A stretch of DNA of 64,000 bases. Source: Chiloscyllium plagiosum. Its lineage: Eukaryota. The notes beneath the pieces are model-generated. The model was not told where the DNA came from. It searched no databases and saw only the letters and a list, made by a program, of their open reading frames with translations. How positions within the stretch are numbered: the stretch's first letter is position 1; the number at the start of each line of letters is the position of its first letter. The translations under genes and the position numbers were made by a program. Location of the stretch: positions 17,991,535-18,055,534 of the forward strand of contig NC_057736.1 of NCBI RefSeq assembly GCF_004010195.1, in the 5' to 3' direction. This document shows positions 25,557 to 37,978 of this stretch, one piece after another.

Positions 25557-27109
25557 CTGAAAAACACACACTGTGCATGAACAATCCGTATAGGACATGA
25601 ACAATGTATAATATACCCATACAAGCAATTTTTCTCACCCAATGTTCTGTTACCAATTTCTACTCTGTAGACATTGTTTTTGATTTGATGTTCTCTGTGT
25701 GTCTCTCTCATATAGACTCAATGATATGGGACATAAAAGTTTTTTGTTATAATTTTTGCTAGCCAAACAGCCCCTTTGATCTCATCAACACAAAAGGTAA
25801 TGATGCCTGTGAATGTGACCGTCTCCATTTCAGGCACCTAGTGTCAACATTAAACACTGCCATGTCAAATCAGGATAATTATAAATATTTTCTAATAGAC
25901 CTGTTCAGAGGCACAATTACATACTGCTGGAGCGGATGGGTCTTGAATCTCGGCATCCTGGCCCAGGAGTAGGGATATCACCACTGCACCACAAGGGCCC
26001 TCCAGCTATGTGGAGAGAGTAAAGTTCCTTGTATTCTTTCCCTTTGATGCGCTTAAGCCCACTTTGGAACTGTTTCCCATTTAATGCATCAATGGGAACT
26101 TGGACCCTAATTTGATTCTGTTCAAGTTCCTTTCGAGTCCTACAGAGGCAAATCAGATAATTTCAATGAGCTGGGAACAACTATTGGAACTAGGCATGTA
26201 AAAAACTTCTGATTTGTACATAAAACACTCCCAGACTTGATCCTAGATGAGGCTTCTCTGCACCCTTGACATCTGGTTTTCCTGTATCTAGGATGTCCTA
26301 TCAGGCATGCACAGCATTCATGAAACCAGGTTGAATACAGAGTGTAAAATGTTCAAGCTGTTAAGAAAGGAAAATAAAGAAAATATATTGCAGGAGAAAA
26401 TGGAGAAACTTTGACATTAAAACCTGAAGGAAAACAAATTGGAATAAAATTAATATATCAATAAACAGATTATATAGGCTTGTGAGGAGGAGGAAAAACA
26501 AATATCTCCATTGAAGCTGTTGCCAGAAAGCAAGGTGAATGAAAAAGAGTTATTAGAAAATCTGAGATTGGATGGAAAAAGTAAGTTTGGAAGGGAGAGA
26601 AACAAACTTCTCATGTCAACAATTATTAAGTGAAAACGTTGAAAGCATAACTTCTTGGAGTGCCCTTACGTTAAAGTAGAAAACAATGATAATTTAGTTG
26701 CAATGAATAAGGTAATAGGAGTTATATCTGATTCACATGTTACATTAGTGTTGAACAGATATTTACTAACTAATCTGTTCAAAGATATATGACACACCTG
26801 TGGAGTTGGATGGGCACTTGAATCCAGATCTCCTGCTTTAGAGGTACAGATACTACCACTGCACCACAAGATTCTCCTGTGTTAGTGTAAAACATTATCT
26901 GCACCTCAGTGGTCCTCAAGTATCATACACTCAGCCTATTCACTCTTTAAATCAATGTGCATTCAGGGTATCCTGAGGAACCTATGCTCAATGCTGAACC
27001 CAGGGTAGGACAATCCTACTCTTTGCATTCTTTTCAATCAAGAAAAGGAAGAGAAAGACTACATTGTGTGTTCTTGGGGTTTAATAATGAGGTACATTCA
27101 AATAATTAC

Positions 27110-27439
27110 CAGTCACATTTACAACAATGGAATGACCCCTTGCCATCACATTTCCTTGAGAAGCTTCACATCGGAATGTGCCACTGTCGCTGTAGTTGAG
27201 GGCGGCGATCTTGTAACTGACAAGTAAGTTTCCTTGCTGGTCATGGTTGAAACTAAGCCCATTTGTAGACACCGGGTGACAATGGTGTGCCTCAATTATG
27301 CACCAGTTTACTACAGGCTTTTGTTCTTCACCAGTACAGAATTTAACTGTACAATTTAGTGTTAGACTATCTCCCACGGTGAGGTGCAACGTAGATCGGG
27401 GATAGATTACTCTCACTGGACAGGCACAATTTCCATTTC
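27110..27439 (-). CDS. BTLA: BTLA-like gene A, Ig domain exon
   Basis: tatttcag|GA...ACTG|GTAATT, 330 nt, phase 1-1; C...GDSLTLNCTVKFC...WC......C...DSGTFRC...GHSIVVNVT reproduces the BTLA 6-Cys pattern (human C..GDPFELECPVKYC..WCK....C..NGSYRC..SHSTTLYVT). Confidence 0.92.
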
Positions 27440-28145
27440 CTGAAATAGAGAAGCTGTAGGTCAATCTATGTACCATTTCTACACTGCCCTCTCATTACAT
27501 TCTATGTATTTTTTAATACTATACAACAGCCCTCCAGAAACAATACCTACTCTTTAAATGTACCTTTGGATTTGAACTTGAGAGTTTCTGATATTGATTC
27601 TTCCAGAGGGAGTTGGTGATATCAAGGAATGTTGGCTCCCGGTCATGTTTTCATGCAGTGCTCTTGAGTAAGAATGAAAATTTCCAAAGAGCGACTGAAT
27701 ATTTTCCTGTTTGCATTTAAATCAATTATTCTCATAAATCAACAAAAGGTTCCAGAATCATTACAGTTTCAGCAATTTTTCTCGTCTTATCTCAGTGGAT
27801 AGCACTCTGATCTCTCAGTTACAGTTGAACTGTAGTTCTGGACTCAGGAATTGCTGCATTGTTGGAGATGCAGTCTTTGGAGGAAACATTTAAAAGAGGC
27901 CTGTCTGCTTCCACTGGTGCAGGCAAAAAAAATTCTTCATGCCATTCAAAGAACAGCAGATGTGTGCTGCCTGGTATCTTGGCCAATATTCAATACAAAG
28001 ACAACACCTTGCCATTATCCTGTTGCTGCTTATTGGACTTGCAAATTAAGATTGTGACAACATTTCAAAAGTACTCCTTTCACGAGAAAAAAACTCCTTG
28101 CTTCATCCTGGCTTTAGAAATGTAAGTCCTTCATTCTGACCAATT

Positions 28146-28300
28146 AGAGTCATAGAGTCATAGAGATGCACAGCATGGAAACAGACCCTTCGGTCCAACC
28201 CGTCCATGCCGACCAGATATCCCAACCCAATCTAGTCTCACCTGCCAGCACCTGGCCCATATCCCTCCAAACCCTTCCTATTCATATACCCATCCAAATG
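28146..28300 (-). mobile_element. Short CR1 LINE 3' end
   Basis: agagtcatagagtcatagag tail; close match to the reverse complement of 7115-7260. Confidence 0.85.
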
Positions 28301-29326
28301 ATCTGTAACCCACTATTCTGAATTTCACTTACTTATACCATTTGCTTGGTTTGGATTCATGTTTATGCTGTCCAGCACCAATTCAGTTTCTGAATTTCCA
28401 TGAGATAAGCCATGGCATTTAGAGTTCCATTGATCACATGGCTGTCTCTGTCAGACATTGACTTAAATTTCATTGCAATGAAATTATTATTCCATTGCAA
28501 TGCTGTGATAATGGAGTGTGGCTGGAAGTACCATCATTAGTCATGAGGTTTTTTATAAAAGACCCCATGGAACTATTTAAGGATGAGCACAGATGTTCGA
28601 GTGCCATGTCTGAAATATCTTCTTCACTCCACGTCACATTAGCGACATGCTTTTGTATAGTATCTTTTATGTCATAAAACATCCTGAACTGCTTCACAGG
28701 AGTATTCTCAAACATCATTCGGTGCCAATCCACAAGAGGAGTTTTGCCTTCAAGCTATGCATGGTCCTGACTTGGAACTATATTGCGGCTCCTTCACTGT
28801 CACTGTGTTCAAGGCCTGGAACTCCCTTCCTAACAGCACTGTGAATATTGTTAAGAAAAATTTATAACTTCAAGTTTGAATTATAATTTTGCACCATTTG
28901 TGTTAAGAAGGTGAAAACATGGTTGTTGATTTTTAGAGATTTTTTTGTGAGTTGGGATTTTGGTGTTGAGAAGTCTGGAAGTTTGTTTCATTTACTTTTT
29001 TTTATAAACTTGATTTGAAGAGTTGGAGGGTGGAGAGTTAGCTGCTTAACAATTATAAAAATATTATACTGCTCATTAGTGACCAAGTCCATTGATGCAG
29101 AGAAATAGAACAAAGCAGAAAGTATGCACATACCAGAAATGGTATGCTGAATTTAGGGAAATTCATAGTGAGATTATTTGCAGTTTGTTTTAGGTGTCTC
29201 AGGGAGACACTAGATGAAGGAAATAGGGCATCTAAAAAATGAATAGAAATTAGCTGACAGGAAATGGTTGCAATAGTGTGAGCTTCTTGACATCTGTAAC
29301 CTTTTACTTTGTCCAGTGAAACACAA

Positions 29327-30388
29327 AGTTTGTGCGAAGATTTGTAGTTCGGGTGCTCGTTGTTGTGGTTCTGTTCACCGAGCTGGAAGTTTTTGTTGCA
29401 AACATTTCATCCCCTGGCTAGGCGACATCATCAGAGCTTGGGAGCCTCCTGCGAAGCGCTTCTTTGATGTTTTCTCCGGTGTTCGAATTCATGTTGCTTG
29501 TTGTCTGCGTGTGTGGCTACTAAGGATAGCTGGTTGTGTCGTTTCGTGGCTAGTTGATGTTCATGTATGCGGATTGTTAGCTGTCTTCCTGTTTGTCCTA
29601 TATAGTGTTTAGTGCAGTCCTTGCATGGTATTTTGTACACTACATTCGTCTTGCTCATGTTGGGTATCGGGTCCTTCGTTCTGGTGAGTTGTTGTCTGAG
29701 CGTGGCTGTTGGTTTGTGTGCCGTTATGAGTCCTAGCGGTCGCAGTAGTCTGGAAATCAGTTCCTAGATGCTCCTGATGTATGGTAGTGTTGCTAGTCCT
29801 TTTGGTTATGGTATGTCCTCGTTCCGTGGTCTTTCTCTTATACCTCTGCTGATGAAGTTGCGCGGGTATCCGTTTTTGGCGAATACCTTGTATAGGTGTT
29901 CCTCTTCTTCTTTTTGCAGTCCTGGTGTACTGCAGTGTGTTGTGGCCCTTTTGAATAGTGTCCTGATGCAACTTCGTTTGTGTGTGTTGGGGTGGTTACT
30001 TTCATAGTTTCGGACTTGGTCTGTGTGTGTGGCTTTCCTGTGTCCTCTTGTAGTGAATTCTCCGTCTGGTGTTCTCTGTACCATCACGTCCAGGAATGGG
30101 AGTTGGTGATCCTTTTCTTCTTCTCTCGTGAATCGGATTCCTGTGAGCGTGGCGTTGATGATCCGGTGTGTTTTTTCTTTCAACGGCACACAAACCAACA
30201 GCCACGCTCAGACAACAACTCACCAGAACGAAGGACCCGATACCCAACATGAGCAAAACTAATGTAGTGTACAAAATACCATGCAAGGACTGCACAAAAC
30301 ACTATATAGGACAAACAGGAAGACAGCTAACGGTCCGCATACATGAACATCAACTAGCCACGAAACGACACGACCAGCTATCCTTAGT
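29327..30388 (-). mobile_element. Penelope-like retroelement (RT C-terminus and GIY-YIG endonuclease) with inverted segment 30177-30388
   Basis: LPFLDVMV...KATHTDQ...KNGYP and NVVYKIPCKDCTKHYIGQTGRQLTIRIHEH; the GIY-YIG segment recurs on the plus strand; hammerhead-like motif at about 29401-29437 (minus). Confidence 0.93.
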
Positions 30389-31142
30389 TTGCACTTTTCT
30401 TGTGTGTTAAGTGTTTTATCTTTTGTCTTAAAAGTACACTGGCAGCCTCTTGTGAGTGTATTCAGTAACTGATAGCTTAAGAAAAGCCAGGTTTCACCCT
30501 AGGATTTCACTTGATAAGTATTAAAATCAGCTGAAATCCTACAAATTAACCAATACCACTTAGACTGCAATGCTTCAAAAGGTGATTCACCATAACCTTC
30601 TCAAAGACAATAATAACGTGAAATAAATATTGGGTTAGACAGTAATCCCCACATTACGTGAATGAATAAATGGAAAAACATGTTCGAGATGGCCAAACAT
30701 GCTTGGTCAGGGAGTAGGCTTTATGGAGCATTTTAAAGGAGTAAAGAGAAATGGAGATGTTTAAAGATGGCATTTCAGAGCTTAGGGCCCAGCGGACAAG
30801 GGCATGGTTGCTATTGATGATTGCCAATATGTTCCAAAAATCATCATTGCACAAGAGCCAGAGTTATAGGACCACTGAGATCTGTAAGGGTTGTCAAGAA
30901 AGATGAAGTTACAGAGTCCAGGTAGGAGACAGGCCATGCAGAAATTTGCAAACAAGTGTGAGAATGCTTAAAACTAAGTGATGCCTAGTTCCAGAGCCCA
31001 TGTAGCTCAGTAAGTGCAGCGCTGGGGGGTGAGCAAGATTTGGTTGGAGTTAACTGCAGAGTTTTGGATGAGTTCAAGTTTATGGAGGATGGTGGCTCGG
31101 AGTCCCGTCACTGGAGTAGTGGAGCAGAGATGAAGATGGAGG

Positions 31143-32235
31143 ATGGGAGGTCTGCAGATGCTGGAGATCAGATTTGAGAGTGTGTTGCTGGAAAAGCACA
31201 GCAGGACAGGTAGCATCTGAGGAGCAGCAAAATCAAATTTCGGGCAAAGGCCCTTCATCAGGAATGAGGCAGGAAGCCTCGAGGGTGGAGAGGTAAATGG
31301 GAGAGGGGTGGGGCTGGGGAGAACGTAGATGAGAGTGCAATAGGTGGATGAAGGTAGTGATGAAGGTGATAGGTCAGAGAGGAGGGTGGAGCGGATAGGT
31401 GGGAAGGAAGATTGAAAGGTGGGACAGGTCATGAGGACATGCTGAGCTGGAAGGGTGGAACTGGGATAAGGTGGGGGGATGGGAAATGAAGAAACTGGTC
31501 CACACCCCCTAAGAAGCCACATCCCCTTCTGGCACCTTCCCCTGCCACCGCAGGAATTGCAAAACCTGCACCACACCTCCTCCCTCACCTCCTTCCAAGG
31601 CCCCAAAGGAGCTTCCACATCCATCAAAGTTTCACCTGCACTTCCACACGTCATTTATTGTACCTGTCGCTCCCGATGCGGTCTCCTCGACATTGGGGAG
31701 ACTGGACGCCTTCTTGCAGAGCGCTTTGGAGAACATCTCGGGACACTTGCACCAATCAACCCCACCGCCCCGTGGCCGAACATTTCAACTCCCCCTACCA
31801 CTCTGTCGAGGACATACAGGTCCTGGCCCTCCTCCATCGCCATTCCCTCATCACCCAACGCCTGGAGGAAGAATGCCTCATCTTCCGCCTGGGAATACTT
31901 CAACCCCAGGGCATCAATGTGGACTTCACCAGTTTCTTCATTTCCCCTCCCCCCACCTTGCCCCAGTTCCAACCTTCCAGCTCAGCACCGCCCTCATGAT
32001 CTGTCCGACCTGCCAATCTCCCTTCCCGCCTATCCACTCCACTCTCCTCTCCTACCTCACCTTTACCCCCACCCTCCTCTGCCTATTGCACTCTCAGCTA
32101 CCTTCTCCCCAGCCCCACCTCCCTCCCATTTATCTCTCCACCCCCAAGGCTCCCAGCCACATTCCTGATGAAGGACTTTTGCCCGAAGCGTTGATTTTCC
32201 TGCTCCTTGGAAGCTGCCTGACTTGCTGTGCTTTT
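31143..32235 (+). mobile_element. Penelope-like element with inverted terminal repeats (31143-31500 minus, about 31925-32235 plus)
   Basis: VIYCTCRSRCGLLDIGETGR (GIY-YIG-like), LIFRLGILQPQGIN; a hammerhead motif in each terminal copy. Confidence 0.9.
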
Positions 32236-33916
32236 CCAGCAACACACTCTCAACAATGAAAATGGAAGATGTTAGGTAAGGGATTGGTTGAGAGATGGAG
32301 GTATTGGCTAAAGAAGGGAATTGTGAAATAGTCAGAAGGCAATGATTTTAATTAACCTACTGGTTACTCATTAAATTCAATGATTGTGGAATCTTGCTGT
32401 GTACCATTTGTTGATATTTCAACATTGATTGTACTTCAAAAGTAAAGAATTGGCTGTAAACTGTTTATAATGGCTTAGAGATTTGAAAACATGGTTGAGT
32501 AAAAATTTCACTTCTACGAATGTAGCTTATGATTTTCCATACATTCATTTTCGATAGACTATCAACTCAGTTGAAGTATAACTGAAGAGGCAAATAACTC
32601 AGAAGACGAACAAAGGCAGGAGAGTCCAGAGATCTGAGACTAGCCAGCTGCTTCATAATGATGTGGTTTGCAAAAACATATTGTGCTTTCTCCAGTTCTA
32701 ATTCCAGTAAACCAACATTTCTGAATATACTTTCAGAGTTTATCCTCCTACAATGAGTTGACCTCCATCTTACAGTTGATTATGGGTCTGGTTATTTACA
32801 TAGTTGCAAACCTGCTGGTGGAGTTAAACATGTTAAAGATTTAGCATGCAAAATGTCAGAAGCTTATTGATGCTGCAGTTTCCTGGAATCCAAATTAAAA
32901 CAGGATTAATATGAAAATTACAGCGATTAGTGGCATGTCAAGTTATCTGTCATGAGGTGCAGTCACCCAAATTGTTGTGTATCCAGCAACATTTCTACTG
33001 TTAACGTATGCTTTGGTATGTGCCTCGCCCTTATACCCTACTATTCCAGTTTATCAATCTTTTTCAAGGCTACCATTTAAGACTCAGTATTGTAGGAACA
33101 AAGAGTTAATTTACATTTATTCCGATATATAATTCACTTTGAGTTTAATTTTTTTTCCTGTCCCTTGAAAATATTCAGCAAAAAGAATTTTAATTGGCAG
33201 TAAAGCAGGATGTTTATCTCTGCCTCCACATTGAAAAAGATGCACTATTTTATCTGTACACCCATATGTATGTGGCTCAAGATGTGTGAAAGGATGATGA
33301 AGCAACAGTGAGTCCAATCCGCACACAGTAATGCGACTATGAACCATTTGTTAACTTTGCAATCTGCAAAATCGCTAATATCCCTAAGTGCCAGCAGCAA
33401 AGGACATAAAACCAAATATATAGCTTCATCCCAAAAGTCTTATTCAAAAATCTTCAAGGTGAATAACATAATTACTTGAAATACCATCTTCACTTTTTTT
33501 CTTCATAGATGTCAATGAACTTAGCAGAGAATATAATAATTTGTTTCGATGGGAAAGAATATTTGTGCATTTTTAGAATAAAAATAGTTTGCAAAGTTAA
33601 CAAATAGTTCATAATCAGATTACCATGTGCAGACTGGTCTCACTGTGGTTCCATGACCTCCTCACACATCTTGAGTTACATATATATGTGTAAACAGATA
33701 AAATGTATAGAGAATGCCTCTACTTCAATGTTGCTACAGTGATAAACATCCTGCTTTACTAACGGCTCCTCATACCAAAGGGACCATATATTGAGTCATA
33801 GAGATGTACAGCAGTCCAGATATCCTAAATTAATCTAGTCCTATTTGCCACCTCTTGGCACATTTCCCTGTAAACCCTTCCTATTCATATACCCATCCAG
33901 ATGCCTTTTAAATGTT

Positions 33917-34139
33917 ATGATGTAGAGGTGCTGGTGTTGGTCTGGGGTGGACAAGGTCAGAAGTTACACAACACCAGGTTGTAGTCCAACAGGTTTATTT
34001 GAAATCGCAAGCTTTTTGAGCGCTGCTCCTTTGTCAGGTGTAGTTACCTTCACTCGACGAAGGAGCAGCACTCCAAAAGCCTGTGATTTCAAATAAACCT
34101 GTTGGACTATAACCCATTGTCATGTGACTTCTGACTTAC
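33917..34139. mobile_element. Short palindromic Penelope-derived non-autonomous element
   Basis: Two inverted arms (aggtcagaagt...gctcctttgtcagg / cgacgaaggagc...acttctgactt); flanked by aaatgtt direct repeats; homolog at 54523-54705. Confidence 0.75.
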
Positions 34140-34577
34140 AAATGTTGTAATTGTACCAGCCTCCACCACTTCCTCTGGCAGCTCATTCCATACCTCTGAG
34201 TGAAGATGTTGTCCCATAGGTCCCTTTAAATCTTTCCTCTCTCACCTTAAACCTATGCCCTCGAGTTTTGGACTCCTCTACTCTGGGGGAATAGGCCTTG
34301 ACTATTCACCCTATCCATGCAACTCGTGATTTTATAAACCTTTATGAGGTCACCCCTTAGCCTCCTACACTCCACAGAAAATAGCCCCGGCCTATTTGGC
34401 CATTCCCTATAGCTCAAACTCTCCAACCATTTCAACATCCTTATCAATCTTTTCTGATCCCTTTCAAGTTTAACAACATAATCTTTCCTAAAGGAATGAG
34501 ACGAGAATTGAAAGCAGTGCTCCAAAAGTGCTCTAACCAATGTCTTATACAGCTGCAACAACTCCGGTACTCTATGC

Positions 34578-35737
34578 CAGGGGTGGGGAACCTGCGGCCT
34601 TTTCGGCCATTGTGTGTGGCCTTTTGAATTAATCCAAATTTTGCAGAACTAATCTTTTATTTTTTATTAATATGTTTTTTCATCCTTTATTATTTTTATT
34701 TTACTCTTAAAATAAATGTATTTAAAATACCAGAGTAAAAGAAAATTCAACAAAATAATCCTCACAGACTGACCGCCACAATTAAAAAATTGGTAAATCA
34801 TAAGGGCTATTTCGACACCTGCTATGCTCATGATTTAGTTATAATGTGACTCTAGAATGGCGTTACCTTCCCCGCCTGACTGGCGCCACTACCGTTGTAT
34901 TTCTGCGTGATATCATGTCAAAGCAAAATGACTTGAATATAAAACTAGGTCTATATACGATATGTGGCAAAAAATCCAAGCGTTTCGAAAAAGGCTATCT
35001 TTTTTCAAAACTCTTTTTCTTCAAAAGGAAATTTCAGATGAACATTTTCCCCAGTTAGCAAAGGTCATTGATGAACAGGAGGATTCTTGCGAATCATTTG
35101 AAGAATATGCAGCTGTTATAGACTTATTAATTGGAGAATACAATGAAAGGTTCTCTGACTTTGAGAATCATGACATCACACTCAAATTAGCATTTCAGCC
35201 TCACCTAGTTGATGTCTCCAAGGCTCAGAAAGAACTACAGATGGAATTGATTGAGCTCTCAAAAGATGACATTTTTAAGTCTTTATTTGACACTAAGAAA
35301 GATCTGATTGAAATATGGAAAAATGCAATAGAATACCCATGCCTTCGGAAACATGCACGAAAAATGCTTTCTTGCTTTTCAACCACTTGTTGCTGCAAAT
35401 CTAAATTCTCCTACTTAACCAAAATCAAGACGCCCTTAAGGTCACAAATGACAGATACCCATCTAGAGGATCAGCTAAAACTGCAGACCTCCACGCTGCA
35501 GCCAAATATTTAAATGCTTTCCACAAAAAGCAGCCACAACAACATCATTAAAAGGTTAGTTAACGTTAGAATTAACATTTTTTTCATTTTCTTTAGTTAG
35601 TTAATACATAGTAGTTAGATTTGTACAAAATAATGTGAATTTTGAAGAATATATAATTGAAGTTTCTTGGATGCAGTCTTATTAGATTACAACTAACATA
35701 ATGCGGCCTTCCAACATGAAAAGGTTCCCCACCACTG
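34578..35737 (+). mobile_element. hAT (Charlie-type) DNA transposon, internally deleted, retaining the transposase C-terminus
   Basis: TIRs CAGGGGTGGGGAACCT / AGGTTCCCCACCACTG; 8-bp TSD ctctatgc/ctctatgt; ORF 34962..35513 with WK...YPCL...FSTTCCCKSKFS...RSQMTDTHL (hAT dimerisation-like). Confidence 0.92.
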
Positions 35738-36964
35738 CTCTATGTACTGACCAATAAAAGCAAGAATACCAACCACCTTCTCTTCTACCCTGTTTACCTG
35801 TGATTCCACTGTCAAGGAACTATGAGCCTGCACTCCAAAGTCCCTTTGTTCAGCAACACTTCCCATTACCTTACTATTAGCTCTATAAGTTCTCCCTTGA
35901 TTTGCCCTACCAAAATATAGCACCTCACATTTAATGAGACAAATTTTCATCTGCCATTCCTCGGCCCATTAGCCCATCTGATCAAGATCTCGTACTCTGA
36001 GGTAACCTTCGTCACTGTCCACTACACCACCAATTTTGGTGCCATCTGCAAATTTACTAACCATACCTCCTATATTCACATGAATAGCATTTATATAAAT
36101 GAAAAACGCAGTGGACCAGCACAACACTGGTCACAGGCCTACAGACCGAAAAGCATCGCTCCACCACCACCCTCTGTCTCCTACTTTCTAGCTAATTTTG
36201 TATCCAAATGGCTAGGTCTCACTGTATTCCATATGATCTAACCTTGTTAACCAATCTACCATGTGGAACCTTATTGAACACCTTACTGAAATCCATATAG
36301 ATTACATCCACCACTCTGCCTTCATCAATTCTCCTGGTCACTTATTCAAAAAACTAAGTCAAGTTAGTCAGGTACAATTTCCCATATATAAAGCCATGCT
36401 GACTATCCCTAATCAATCCTCACCTTTCCAAATACATGTAAATCCTGTCCCTCAGGATTCCCTCCACCATCGACATCAGGCTCATTGCTCTATAGTTTCC
36501 TGGCTTTTCCTGACCACCTTTCTTAAATAGTAGCATCATGTTAGCCAACCTCCAGTCTTCTGGCACTATGGATGATACAAAAAATCTCAGCAATGGGCTC
36601 AGGAATCACTTCCCCAGCTTCCCACAAATTTATAGAGCACAGCTGATTTGGTCTTAGGAATTTATCCACCTTTATGCATTTTTAAGACATCCAGCATCTT
36701 CTTCAATGTAAAATGGACACTTTTCAAGATATCGCTATTGCTGATGCAAAATACTTGTTTATTATTTCCCCTATCTCCTGCAGTCCCACACATAGGATTC
36801 TCCTTAATCCTGTTTGCCAAAGCTATCTCACGTCCCCTTTTTGCCCTCCTGGTTTCCCTCTTAAGTGTACTCCTACTGCCTTTCTACTATTCTAGGGATT
36901 CACTCAATCTCTGCTGTCTATACCTGACATATGCTTCCTTCTTTTTCTTAACCAAACCCTCAAT

Positions 36965-37524
36965 NNNNNNNNNNNNNNNNNNNNNNNNNNNNNNNNNNNN
37001 NNNNNNNNNNNNNNNNNNNNNNNNNNNNNNNNNNNNNNNNNNNNNNNNNNNNNNNNNNNNNNNNNNNNNNNNNNNNNNNNNNNNNNNNNNNNNNNNNNNN
37101 NNNNNNNNNNNNNNNNNNNNNNNNNNNNNNNNNNNNNNNNNNNNNNNNNNNNNNNNNNNNNNNNNNNNNNNNNNNNNNNNNNNNNNNNNNNNNNNNNNNN
37201 NNNNNNNNNNNNNNNNNNNNNNNNNNNNNNNNNNNNNNNNNNNNNNNNNNNNNNNNNNNNNNNNNNNNNNNNNNNNNNNNNNNNNNNNNNNNNNNNNNNN
37301 NNNNNNNNNNNNNNNNNNNNNNNNNNNNNNNNNNNNNNNNNNNNNNNNNNNNNNNNNNNNNNNNNNNNNNNNNNNNNNNNNNNNNNNNNNNNNNNNNNNN
37401 NNNNNNNNNNNNNNNNNNNNNNNNNNNNNNNNNNNNNNNNNNNNNNNNNNNNNNNNNNNNNNNNNNNNNNNNNNNNNNNNNNNNNNNNNNNNNNNNNNNN
37501 NNNNNNNNNNNNNNNNNNNNNNNN
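36965..37524. other. Assembly gap (N run)
   Basis: Run of n. Confidence 1.
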
Positions 37525-37978
37525 ATGCCGACCAGATATCCCAACCCAATCTAGTCTCACCTGCCAGCACCCAGCCCATATCCCTCCAAACCCTTCCTAT
37601 TTAAATACCCATCCAAATGCCTCTTAAATGTTGCAATTGTACCAGCCTCCACCACTTCCTCTGGCAGCTCATTCACCCTATGTGTGAAAAAGTTGCCCCT
37701 TAGGTCTCTTTTATATCTTCCCCCTCTCACCCTAAACCTATGCCCTCCTTTCCGGACTCCCCCCACCCCAGGGAAAAGACTTTGCCGATTTAACCTTTCC
37801 ATGCCCCTCATAATTTTGTAAACTTCTATAAGGTCATCCCTTAGCCTTCGATCCTCCAGGGAAAACAGCCCCAGCCTGTTCAGCCTCTCCCTATAGCTCA
37901 AATCCTCCAACCCTGGCAATATCCTTGTAAATCTTTTCTGAACCCTTTCAAGTTTCACAACATCTTTCTGATAGGAAG
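37525..37978 (-). mobile_element. CR1 LINE 3' part
   Basis: ORF KLERVQKRFTRILPGLEDLSYRERLNRLGLFSLE...NELPEEVVEAG. Confidence 0.92.

Larger units (their letters stand above)
33793..36964 (-). mobile_element. CR1 LINE, interrupted by a palindromic element (33917-34139) and a hAT transposon (34578-35737)
   Basis: 3' tail gagtcatagag at 33793; LYKTLVR...VKLER and KCEVLYFGRAN resume across the hAT; runs into the gap. Confidence 0.88.

Noticed and set aside
28848-30542. Possible solo LTR (TG...CA) hosting the Penelope insertion; similar LTR-like stretches at about 7750-8440 and 49345-49810
   Set aside because: No TSD, PBS or second copy visible, so it cannot be supported from the sequence alone.
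36648-37604. Long ORFs of 194-318 aa
   Set aside because: Artefacts of translating the N gap; the same applies to 47810-48403.
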